DNA of 64,000 nucleotides from Balanoglossus misakiensis (taxonomy: Eukaryota; Animalia; Hemichordata). This document shows positions 1 through 12,458 of this stretch, piece by piece (positions within the stretch are counted from its first letter, which is position 1; every line of letters begins with the position of its first letter). The stretch is taken from assembly GCA_040954595.2 (NCBI GenBank), contig CM082582.2, positions 7,194,063 to 7,258,062 of the forward strand. Reading direction: 5' to 3'. A program made the position numbers and the translations under genes. The notes beneath the pieces were generated by a model. That model was not told the DNA's origin, searched no databases, and saw nothing but the letters and a program-made list of their open reading frames with translations.

Positions 1-3000
1 ATTCCCAAGATTTAAATCAACTTTATGGCGATTTATAAGGTTTTGAAAACCGAAAAGAAAATTTGAAATAAAACACGGAAAGAGATAAATAAAAAGCCCG
101 TGAGGATGATAAATTCCACCTGTGGGGTTTAATCGTCGACGTGTTCGCGCACGTTAAACGGGCTTAATTATTTCCAAAATTGCTGGTTCGGGGGAGTGGA
201 GGTGCAATTTTAAGAGTCGCCGCCGCTCCGTTAGGCCGACCGTTAACTTCAAAGAACGTTGTAAAATTCCCGAAGCAGAACAGAATGCGATGCTTCTAAA
301 AATCGTCGGTGTTTACGTCGCCATGGCGATAAGCAAGGAATCCACAATTGTCGACCGGTCGGACTTTGATCCGTGGGCACTGCCCGAGTTTTACGAGGTT
401 TGGTTTTCTGAAGACATTCAAAGAGGTTGTAAATTGGTGGGGTTTACTCTAAGAATTAAGAAAAAATCAAAAATGGGGTAAACAACCTTGGGTCTTGCGA
501 GGAGTTATATTCGGACACGCTTTCTTGTTTTATTGACTTTAAACAATTGATCGGAAAATAATAGACTTAGAACAGGCATGTATCCAAAAAGACAGTATAT
601 GTAAACACGTGTGTCCTTACAATACCCATTGTTTCATTTCCGCACGTGGACAGCTCCGCAAGTCACATCCAGGTCAAATATGTGACTTTGCGTGGCGTAT
701 ATATCTCCTCCTGTCCTCGCTCAAGTTCAATTTTATCACTTACAACGTCAACAGGATATAAGTCTTGTACAAACAGGATAGCTCTTTAAATTTCCAAAAC
801 AAATCAAAATTTTGAAATAAGTAGCAATATTTTGTCAAGTTTAGTAGTGATTTTGAAATTCGTTTGTTTATTGCTTTGTTTACATCAAGCTTTCAACAAA
901 TACATAAGATCAGTGCTAATAGCAGGGGTGTTGGAAAACTTAGAGCGATGTTGGATTTTGGTCCTAATTTCAGGGAATTATCAAATTTTTCAGTTGTGCA
1001 ACATACATACTGATACACTGTTTGCGTACTTCGCTAATGGAAATGGTACATTAAATTTCAGATTAACACTCGGAAATGCTCGAAACTTACAGCGCATACC
1101 TAGCCGATTCTTCTGATACAAAACGCGTTAGCCTTCAATTTTTAATTTTCTGCATTTAACTACCTGACCACGATTTCCTGAGGATTTTCAAATTCGGCAC
1201 ATCTTCGAATAGTTTTGACGAGGCAACGGGGTTCATTGAATGATGACGGAAGGGACAAGATATGCACATCCCAAGTAAACAACTGTGTACGCCGGTTTTT
1301 AGGAAAACTTCCGCCGAAATAAAGTCGGCTTGGTATCACACGGCGCGGTAAAGAATAGGGGGTCGTAAAGGTGTGTGGAACGGCGCTGTTAATGAACCTA
1401 TATAAGAAACCACAGAGGGCCGGGTATCGCTGTCTGCTTGACCGACAATAACCTCTCCTTTTTGATCGCGTGTTGTTGGGTAGGGTGGGTTAGGGCGGTA
1501 TCCACCCCCCCCCCCCCCCCGACGCGTGTCAATCATTTCTGAAAGTAAAAATGTTCGAACGACGTGCGTTTCTCTTTATACCTCTTCTCCTCCTGATCTC
1601 ACACCACGTTTTCTACCATTTAGTTAGCTGATACTGAATCTATATATTCAATGGTAAAAATAATTGAAATAGTAAAAAAATTCCGTTTCGAATAAATGTC
1701 CCGGTTTATATACATCGTCTCGGTTGTGATTCACTGATAAATCTGAACTAACGAATAAAAGAACCAACGATGTGTGTTTACTGACGTTTCTACACGTTTT
1801 TAAGATAAAAAATATTTGTTTTCTAAATAGTTCAAACAGTGATTAACCAGCACTTTCGACGACTAAGGTTCTAGAGAAAGTAACAGAATCGGGAGTCATT
1901 TCGATAGAAAGTTTTCTGTTTATTCTTATAAAGATGGTCATAAAATACTTCCGAGAGATATTACACGGGAAACTTGTTGAAAGGAAATATCGATATGACA
2001 CATCGATCAACCATTTGGGGGCAAATTATCTGCCACTGAATTCAATTGCCAGAAGTGTACCGTGTTCGCTCTGTCTCTATTGACTGACACACGAGTTACT
2101 CAGACACAGTTAAATGGCGCTTCGGAGAAGCCACACAAATCAATAACGTCAAGCGACGGCCGGAATCACCCTCTGGTATTGTCAAGAGGGCGACCTTTAA
2201 CATCGTGCTTTTTTGTTGCTCGGACGGACCATACAATACACACAGGAACGGAGTCGAACATTTGCCCATTGTGAGATGGGTTCCTTGTATTTTACGCCAT
2301 TCAACAAAAATTCTCGCCTGCCATTTTTGGACAGAGCACCCTCCCCCCTCGGGTACTATTAAAAACGGGGACTGCCCATATAGAGTCCCTAGCCGCGTCA
2401 AAAAAAATAATCTTAAGTCAACTCAAGTTTTGTTGCTATTTCGGTCGATGTGTTCGGTCGCAAAGTCGTTAATGTTGAACTTGAACTTTACAACTTTATA
2501 TTTGCTTGGATTTTCGAGGTTGTTTTGGTTATCAACTATCACTTTTGGCTGTTGTGTCAAACACAGTCGATTTTTGTCGCCCTCCTTGATATTGGATACA
2601 TAAATTTTAATTGCCGATTGTCAAGAATAACAGTACATTGTTTGTCCCGCCCGTCATTGTAGTGTGCTTTTTCAGACGGAGCTAGGGGGTTTCGGTCTGG
2701 TCTTTGCCGTGTCTTTAAATAGAGACCAAAACAAAGGTGGGCCAGGAGTGAGACTCAGTCCGCGAGAATAACCAGCCCACCGTGTCCACGTTACAAATAC
2801 TGTGCCCCGAAAGATACTCCAGGACAGACGCCGAAAGACAGGGTCGGACAGGACCACATTCAGGTGAGAGATAATTTGTGCGGAGCTTTAATACGATTTG
2901 GTTTAAGCCGCTGGGTTGTGAAGAGACTGCACGTTAATAAACCCTCTTGGGAGTTCGGAATTCCTTTGGCACTCAGCGTGTCTGATCGATAATATCCCCG

Positions 3001-4989
3001 CTGTATTTGTCGCAAGGCTTTTTTTTCTGCTAATGAAAAATAACATTGTCCCCCGGCGCTGTAAGCGAGGCTGCCTGATCTGCGGGCGAGGGTGCCGTAA
3101 TCCCAGTAACCAAACCGATGGATACAGATATCTGCGCTTTTCATGTTAATTGGGGTGGTACAATATTGACAAAAGCCATGCTAATGGCGGGCCGTTATGC
3201 GATATATGCAAACGCGTACACTTGCACGGGGTTACAATCCCAAGTACAAGGTATTAAGTACCTGCAAATTTCAGATAGCATATCACGTTATGGCTGTCCT
3301 CTTTTGCTGCTAAACGCGAAGTGGAGGTGTAAATCGTTTCAGCTGTTTTTCTTTTTGATATTTGTTTAACAGGGGCCCTTTTAATTTAAATTTAATGAGC
3401 AAATACAATTAAGTCAATTAATCCGTCAGGTCAGGGAGTTGCATGCACTGCCATGCACTGAATCAGAGTCCGTTGTCAGATACATGTAGTTCACGCATTA
3501 GGGGTGGCCCACAACACGTTTTAAGTTGTTTGACACCGAAATAAACGGATTTCAGGACAGCGTTTAATGGTCCTTTGTCAATGAAAACCAATCTGCTTAG
3601 GGAGAATCCCCACATGACTTATCGCCCTATGTAATAAATCCATCTGCACGGTCAACACCACATCAACGCCAGCGGCATCATGACTCAATCGCCCGTAGTA
3701 ACGCTGGATTGAAAATATACACAACGGGCGCGATAATAATAAATAAACTGAATTCCAGTGACCGCGCTTGCTGGGTCCAGTCTTTCCCAGGGGCTGCACC
3801 ATAATCAGTGGTGGCATTATGCAATGGTCCGCGGCGAGTCGAGCATTCGTCCGTCGGCTCCGTCGCTCGGGAATCACGCACGGCTCCCAGAAATCAGGGT
3901 CCCCGCACGACGGACACAGATACCCGGTAGCACTGAGACTCATGCAACCACCTGTGGAATAGGCGATAATGGGGCGATTTCAAACAGACTTGTTAAGTGG
4001 CCAGTCTCTAGAGGTCAGCTGTTATATGTAAGGAGCAAACACGCTATATTGTGCGTCGATTAAGATGGGAGTGCCCCTTCGTGTCGAGCTTGTCGAGGTG
4101 TCTGGTAAAATTAATGCGGGATCAATAGCTATATCGTGTTCTCTATAAACATTTTCATCGTTTTCGCGCGTGTGAAAAATGAACAAAGTCGTCCAACGTT
4201 CGAGACAACCAAACCCTGTGTTGATTAATGATACCGTTAGCTTTCGGGAGAGTTGTAACTGTTGATCGCCAAGATACCGGTGTTTGTAGTCTATAGATTG
4301 TATTCAAATTTTCCCTGTGTGGTGTGAATAGCCGGCGTGTAACACAACAAACGCTTCTGTGTGGCATTAAAACTGCAGGCCGTGGCACGGGTCCGTGTCG
4401 TTTAATCCTTCGCGTCGGGTAAAGAGTGTTTGACTTGGACCTCACTATACACCGCAAAATGTTTCAACGTTACCATGAGTACGGCAGACGACATGACGTC
4501 ATTCAGAGAGAGGGGAGGCCAGCGCCATTATTTAATGCTAAGCGTGTGCAGTGCTTTCATCTGATACGCCTGGTTTACCCAACTGGCGTAACTTTATGTA
4601 ATCGGCCGCATAATGAGCGCAAAGCTGGATGACGTGAATATCTTGCGAAGGCATTGATTTATTCATGTATACGGGGAATACGGATCGATCGTCTGAAATC
4701 CGGTTGTTGTTTTCTGGTTCGGACGCGGCTCGGTTTAAGTTGGTCACCGCACCCCCACCAGCACCACTACCACTGCACCGCCGTCGTAGAGAACAATAGA
4801 AAGCGAGAACGCGATAGATGGATGGTTGGATGCGCAATATTCAGCCTGGGAGAGGTTAGCGTTGGGTCAGCTCAAACAATGGAAGAAGTTTCTATAAACT
4901 CTAAAAACCCTCGAAAGAATAATGTTTCGCTGTGTCTACCGGCTCTGGCCAACTCATTCGTTTCAAAAGCTAATGAACACCTTCTGAAC

Positions 4990-5041
4990 GCACTGATGCG
5001 TACCTGTGCGTCCGCGCACTGACGCGTACCTGTGCGTCCGC
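4990..5041. repeat. 26-bp direct tandem duplication (GCACTGAYGCGTACCTGTGCGTCCGC x2)
   Basis: Two adjacent copies, 4990-5015 and 5016-5041, differing at one position. Confidence 0.9.
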
Positions 5042-8000
5042 GCAGTACCCCCGGCAGCGCGCGAGGGACTTCGATTCCAAAATACGTATCAAACAAATAA
5101 ACACGGTGTTTACACTTCCAACTTCTCCCCCTTAACTTGATTACCGTATATAAAATTTTGTCATATACACTGGCCATTGTTAAAACCATCCCTTGCACTC
5201 CTTTGTGATTGACCTGCCAGTCCTCGACCCGACAAGCTGATGACTTCCTCCGATGGCCCCCCGCTGAAAAAAAATATTAAATTCCCCTGTTTTATGTTAT
5301 GGACTAGTCATTGTGTCCGTTTAATATATCCGTCCGTCGCACCCCCTTTGTTCAGTTTTTGTTTGTGTCATCTCGCACACGCAAGCAAGGTCACCCGTTC
5401 TGCGGACTTTTGTCCGGCCGGCGGAATAATATTGTGAGAATTACGTGTCACATACAGCCGTCGCCGTAAAAGAAACAATTCCCTCACGCTGCGCTGTGAC
5501 TGACACTTCGGAAATGCGTCATTAAGGCCTGTCACGTTTACAGTTTACCTGTAAGCAGTGGTTGGGATTATTGACACGTTACATTATCAGAGGAGAAGCG
5601 TTACACGTATTTAGGAGTCACTAGCCCGGATGATGTCCTGTAAGGGGTCGTCGGGGGAAATAAATTTTCTCAGCGATAAATAATAGGTATTGGGAGATTT
5701 CCTCCAGCCGTGAACTCGCTCGCCATAAATGTTCCACTAACCCTCCACACAATATATCACAATACACCCACTTAACCGCACAAAACAGAACAGGTAAAAA
5801 CAAATAGACGGTGTGAAAACCGGCAAACATGTTTGTTGAGCACGTGTTGCTAATACCTTCTCACGGTATCGACAACCGTTACGGGAAGTTTCGAAACTGC
5901 ATAGGAATCCGAAACATTCGCCCCAAAACCACAGAGTTCGCACACAAACATGGGGGACTTGTTTTAAAAAAAACAGTGATTCATAGAAGCAGCTGAGGGC
6001 GGGCAAATACAGGTGTAGCCCGTGGGTTATTTCGGGGTGATGACAACTTACAAGTGGAGAAAAGTCATCGTCCGCCCTATTAGATCCTGACAGGTACATT
6101 GTAGGCCAGATCGTTTCGTGACTGTTGCGCGTTGCCTGGAGGTAGATTCATAAATCTGGCTTGGTGAAAAGAAATAGACTTTTTACAGTGAATGGAAATT
6201 TCTAATTAAGATGCCTGAGGAAAGGGGGGCTCTGGTAAATGTAAATATGTGTGGCCCCCGGCGTAAAAGTTTTGATCTTCAGGGATTTTAACCAGCATGG
6301 AATTTCTGGGGAGAAGGGTCACACTCACAGACAGGGATGGTGGCCCAAACGCGAAATGATGCGCTTGTACACTGACAGCGCATTTTAAGGCGTTATTTTA
6401 ACCTCCAGGCAAAGACAACATCTGGTCTTTCAAAGACAAAGGCTTCAAATGTTGGCGCTAACAAAGCAATATGCTCAAAAACCCAGCAATGTCTGATATT
6501 CTGAAACGGACGCGCCGATTGGATGACAGCGGTTGTAGTTTCACAATAGGATACACACCTTTAGCGCATTGTACTCCGCCGTGATTAAGTGTGTCTGCCC
6601 TTTTTTCAGTCTCGAGAGCTGCCGGTCAAAACACACAAAAATGTAGGAGCGAATTTCTATTGTCTAATTTAACGTTCTGTTGCTGTGATTCAGCTTCGCA
6701 GATTGTATATCGGAGCATGCCCACAAAGAAGCAGGTAAACCTGCTTTAACTGTGGATCGGTACCTGACCATAAACTATTTTACTGGCGAAGAAATAGCCA
6801 CTTACATAGTGGAAGAAGTAGTTTATCGCGAACAACGAGCATCATATACTCGTTGACGAGCTCTTCAAGTACGGTCTCAATGTCGCCGTGCCTTTGTTCG
6901 TGTCATAAAATCTGGGAAAACGAGAAAGGCCAGACATTTAACAAAAAAATCTTGTAGCAAGCAATACTTCGTAAACTTTCCTGAGGACTTTGGCGGTAAT
7001 TATATGACCTTTGATGAGGTCGCCGGATTTTGTTTCTAACAACTACGGGCCGCCACCCAGTGATTCACTAACAACACGAGGGAAAGTAAACAATAAACAA
7101 ACCAAAACAACGCGCCTTGGACACAAATGATCCATTCTTGTAAAACGGAGTTGCAACAGGTGAGAAAAATATGCTCTGACTGGCGAGAAGGAGGCCAATT
7201 TCTGCTGTGTGATCAAATATCATAAGCCCCCGGCTTTCAAAATGCGCGGAGACGAAAAAATCCCTGGATTAATAGACAACAAATACCTTGATATCGTGAT
7301 TACCAAAACAAGTGCCACGTTTTCGAACAAAGGCAATTAAGTGACTTCAGCGGGGATGATCTGGTCTGAAGGGATCTTGGCGAAACATTTATACGTACGC
7401 ACAATCACCTCTATAACATACGAAGGACAAGTATCGATTATATGACAAGTTTAAAGACCTAGCTACCGAGACTGCGCGGCAATACCAGAAGAATGTGGTA
7501 TCTTAAATAAAAGGAGAAATGGTCCTGAGAATGCGCGCAGAAATTGGGACGTGGTTCCCACGAACTTCATAGGGCTATACCAATTTTAAAACTTGGGGGG
7601 GGGGGTAAGCCTTGACAGCGTCTGAGTGGCAGCATGGGAGTTCAAAATTAATCATGGGGGTGGATGGTACCAAAATAATCCAGTGAAATGCAAATGAAAC
7701 GTATCTATAGCAACGCTGCTTTTCTCCACATCAGTCCAATAATTGGGTAAAGTATCTGATTTTATAACCCCCATCGATAATGCAGTACTATTGTCCCCGA
7801 CGAAGCAGGAAATGCAACGAATATCCTTTTTACATTGTACGGCTTCGGAGCAGATGTTTTGAGAGGAAAGGGAAATCTTGCTTAAGATAAATTATTTTCG
7901 CGTCTGCACGGATGTACTGTTGCCAGAAAAGTGAACGGAAATGAAGTGGTATGCAATATTTACAGCGTAGTAAATGGAATAAATAATGATTGTTATTGTC

Positions 8001-9187
8001 TTGCGTTGAGGGTAACGTTTTGACATTGTGTTTATAACAAAGTCTAATAATAGGGGCCGAAAAAGTTCAAATTGAAAGGAAAACCAGACAATTTAATTTC
8101 ATGGATGCTGGAGAAAGTCTTCAATCGCTACTCGTGACGTGTATTATTAATGACCGACCGTTAATTGACGGCGATGCTTTACTTCCCCGGCGCCAACCCC
8201 ATGAATGAAGCTCGCAATGCGACTGTAACACTGAGAAAACACAGGGAGGGCACATTCTCACCTCTCGAACTCTGTTGCCATAGTAACATCCAACCATCGA
8301 TCAAAATACGAACCGACAGCTGCATATGCGTAGACCATTGATAAATTTCCGAGGAGTTCGATATTATCAATGAACAAACTCACAAATTACCACCAGATGC
8401 AAAATAACTCATTTTTTCTCATTGACAGCACCGTATACTGAAAGAACTAATTTTAAAACAAATAGCTGGGTTACCAATTGACCTGATAGGCTTGTGTGTG
8501 CATCATTAACTCATATTGTTAATATTCATTTTGCTTTATTAATTACGCCGCAGGTTTTCAAAACAAAGAAGTGTGCTGTCGGCATTACCAACCACAGTCG
8601 CTCTGGTCCTTCAAAAGTACACACGTCCTTACTACCAGCAGAATATCAGGGCGATTATTCATAGCCTTTGTGAATAGAAAAAAGGTATGTAGACGGACAC
8701 CTTTGGTGAAATAATGATATTATAGTATTAATCCTCTTTATCTTTTCCAGACTGAAGGACAAATTACCATGACTTCTTTGAATCCAGTTTAAGGTCACGC
8801 TTTTGTGCAAATCGATGCCACATAATGTTTGCACGGCCAAAATGACCTTCACACTAGTATGTGTATACTGTTATACGTGCAGGATTGCGAGCCCGATGGT
8901 CACGGTGGCCGTTAAAAGCGCTGATATGAAATTGGCCTGAACCCAGAAATGTCTAAATCCATCCAAATTTTTGCGATATTGTCAAATATAGTGGCATGAT
9001 ACATCTCATGTTTGGTACCCAAAAGATCAATTTTACTATTCGGTGCTAAATACATCTACGAATCAAAATTAGGTCACATCTATAGGAACAATGCAATTAT
9101 TCATGATTGAGTGGACATCCTTATATACGTGTTCCTATTTTTTGTATGTGTATGTAGCTGCAGGTGAACCGGTGAAATTTTCAAGCC

Positions 9188-11204
9188 ATGGGCTACGATA
9201 TCGAACGGTTCGTGGGCCAAGTCAACGAAGGTCTACTTTGCTGCATCTGCCGGGACGTGCTGGAGGACCCCCTGCAGGCGCCGTGCGAGCACGCCTTCTG
9301 CTCGTCCTGCATCCACGGCTGGCTGGTGCACGAGAACATCTGCCCGGAGGACCGGCGCACCTTGCTCATCACCCAACTCCGGCCGCTCTTCCGCTACATG
9401 AGGAACGACCTCAACAAGCTGGACGTGTGCTGCAGCAACGCGGACAACGGCTGCACCTACATCACCACCCTGGAGAACATTGACCGGCACGAGCACGACT
9501 GCGACTTCGGGCGCGTCTCGTGCCCCAGCAACGGCTGCAACACCGTCCTGGAGAGGAGGAACCTCAACTCGCACCTGGCCACGTGCGAGTTCCGCACGAA
9601 GGTCTGCCCCCGGGGCTGCGGACTGACCATCCTCAGCAAAGAGGACGAGGACCACAATTGCATAGGGGAACTCAGAACCGAACTCGAACTCCTCCGCTCG
9701 GAAATGATATGCAAACTGGAAGACCAAAGGAAAGAAATGCAGCTCCGACTAGACTCACAGCGTTCCCACATGGTGCAGAAAACCAGCCAGATGCAACAAC
9801 AGATAGACGAACTCAGAGGTGGGTTGACACAAATGGAGATAACTTAGGCTAATTAATACTAAAACAACTCCTATATATTTCTTTCAGTTGTGATATGTAG
9901 ACTTAGGCCTGCCAGTATTCCGCACGACACCATCATCCGGCCTGCTCCAGATTGAAATTCTTTCGAAAGTCGTCTGCGTGGCATTTTCGCGTCAAGTGAA
10001 AAGCTTCACTGAATGCCAAAATCGGGTTTACGTATAATTGTGTAATCTCCAAGTAGTGTGGTAGTCCATCGAATTAAGGATCATACAATGTACCGTAAAT
10101 CGCCTTGGTTTTGTAATCGGAGCATGGGACGCGAAAGATGTAAGACTTACTTGCACGGTGTAAGAAACGACTTTCCAACTGATGTCGCGTAGTGGCTGTT
10201 GTACGCATTAGAGAGCTTCGTAGTATTTTTCACGTTTTTCGAAAAAGGTAAATACATAATATACATCAACTGTCTTTACTACATACATTCATTTTATTGC
10301 ACGCCTATCCCCTTTCCCTTTTACATGTAACACAAAGTCGACTTCTTGCAAAAATGTTATTGCTGACACCACCACGCGTTGCCTAACCCCTCGCGGATGC
10401 TAAATTCACAATTTCCGCATTCATGACATCTCTCAGACAACACTAGATGCTTGCGACCTTTTCGATTAATATTAAAGGCCTATGTGTCTTATCCTCACAA
10501 ATCACAGTACACCATCTACCCTGTATATATAGAATGCAAACACTAAGACTCGCCTTCCTAACCGCACGCAGTTATCTCTGGTATAGTATCAATCCCAAAC
10601 CTGTTTCCAAATTAACTGTTTTGTCGCTTTGAAAACAGATTACGATTGCCCACCGCGACCGTCCAATGTTTGCACGATTCTCTGAGGAAAGAAGGCAAAG
10701 GTCAACGAACTCAGCGGCGGGACTTCTGGCCCCAAACCCAACTACCTCACATTTCTTCAAACGCACAGAATTTAAAAATCTGGTTTTAGAAGATGAACTT
10801 TATAGTATATCATTGGCGAGGAATTCGCGAATGTTTTTTCAATGCGAAAAAGAAGCAGATCATATTTGCAAGAAGTGCAATAATATACATTTACAGTGTT
10901 TTAAGCTTTAAGCTGTACCCCCCCCCCCCTAAAATTCCTCGTAAAGACAGGTGGTTCCTTCCAAGAGACACCTTTCAAGTAGTTGGGTCCACTCTTTGCA
11001 GGACAACTCTCCCGTCTGCAACAGGACGTGCGCACCCTTCTGGCGGCGGAGAGGAAACGGCGCCAAGAGATGGAGAGGATGGAACTCGAGAAGCAGGAAC
11101 TACTCGACATCTTGAAGAGTCTCCAGCGAGAAGCGGACGAGAACAAGAAAAGTGCCACCTCGTGCCGAAATTGCAAACGCAACGAAAAGATTACGGCGAT
11201 CTAG
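9188..11204 (+). CDS. RNF41/RNF151-like RING finger E3 ubiquitin ligase (C3HC4 RING, TRAF/SIAH-type zinc fingers, coiled coil), ~277 aa, 2 coding exons: 9188-9818, 11002-11204
   Basis: N-terminus MGYDIERFVGQVNEGLLCCICRDVLEDPLQAPCEHAFCSSCIHGWL...CPEDR closely parallels RNF41/NRDP1 (MGYDVTRF...CEHAFC...CPVDR). The donor G|GTGGGT at 9818/9819 and acceptor TTTGCAG at 11001 join in phase 1 (ELR-G-QLSRLQQD). Stop TAG at 11202-11204. An AG acceptor just upstream of the ATG suggests a non-coding 5' exon further upstream (not located). Confidence 0.9.
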
Positions 11205-12452
11205 ACCCAGGTGCGTTTTAATTCTGACCAGCGACGAAAGTGACCGTTATACCCAACTACGAAAGGGGAAAGGGACCTACTCACAAAACAATATAAATAC
11301 TAACAATATTATTTACAAAAACTCCCAATAACTGTGAATTGCCCACAAAAGAGATTGACCTCGGCCACAATTTTTTCCATTGAATATTAAGTTATATAAC
11401 TTTTCATACTCTGCCATGTTAACGTTTTCAGTTAAAGTTTGGTTTACAAATTTGTAAAGCAAAACGAACAAGGTTATTATCTAGTGATCAAAATACTTTC
11501 ACTACGTCATAATTTTGATTTTCGAATGCTAGTTAATTTATATAACACTTGTTTTACCCATAATGTTTTCAATATTCAGAGAATAACCTATTCCATTTTA
11601 AAAGAGAATGACTAATATTTTTTACATTGAAGTCGAGATTTATTGCCAAAATAGGCAAACAAGCGTAGAACCAATAATATTTCGCAGATTTATCATACAA
11701 GAATTGAATTGGGACACTGATGCCGATTGGCCAGCTTTCAACCAATCGGTAATCGGTTTATATAATATTAACAGGACGGGACACCAGATGTAATTTTGCT
11801 ATTTCTTCAGTATTTTTGTTCTTTGTATGAAATTAAGTTTCTTGTTCTACTCACTATAGTATGTTAAAATAACCACCATTTCATCGAACAAGAAAATACT
11901 AACGTTAGAGCTAATGGAGTTTTCATACATCAAATATTAGCCGCCATCTTTCATGTCGCTACAAAACAAAATGGTTGCCCCATTAAAAAAATGCAAATCA
12001 CGTGGCTAGATGACAGATCGGTTACATCACACCCTGAAGAGGATTCTTGAAACGTTTTTTTTTTCTCTCCCAAAATAACTCACCATTGTCACTGAAGAGA
12101 CACCCACCTGTTGACGTTCAAGTTGCGTTGTCATTGGCAACTAACAGTATGACCTTTGCACAGCCATGCTCCCACATGCAGTGCCTGCTTTTACCCATGT
12201 TAACCCTCCCATCATCACACCATCATGGTCCGGTCCAATCCTTTGTTCGCTATCTTAATGTTGGACTTTTGCAAAGGAAAATGGGGGTGAAAGGGTTTTA
12301 GTGTTTTCAGATATTTGAATCAGTGTTAAGTGTATTTAACATTCAAATCAAATCATATAAAAATGTCATCTTCTTCACATATACCAGCATTAGATTTGTG
12401 TCTTATGTAAACACAGCAACATTTTTCATTTTATATGCATTTTTTTCATGTT

Positions 12453-12458
12453 AATAAA
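12453..12458 (+). promoter_or_regulatory. Candidate polyadenylation signal (AATAAA) of the RNF41-like gene
   Basis: AATAAA after a ~1.25 kb AT-rich stretch downstream of the stop, followed by T-rich sequence. Confidence 0.45.

Noticed and set aside
1-9000. Short ORFs in the upstream region (and in 53000-64000)
   Set aside because: No recognisable domains, codon bias or consistent exon chains. No tRNA, rRNA or CRISPR-like arrays were seen.
9091-9852. Overlapping alternative-frame and antisense ORFs over the RING exon
   Set aside because: Shadow ORFs caused by high GC at third codon positions. The same applies to antisense ORFs over VIRMA, dipeptidase and CYP exons.
12034-12062. CTGAAGA...GAAAC, a second hammerhead-like core
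   Set aside because: Stem II (GGATTCTT) barely pairs, and no stem I or credible cleavage triplet follows (T-run).
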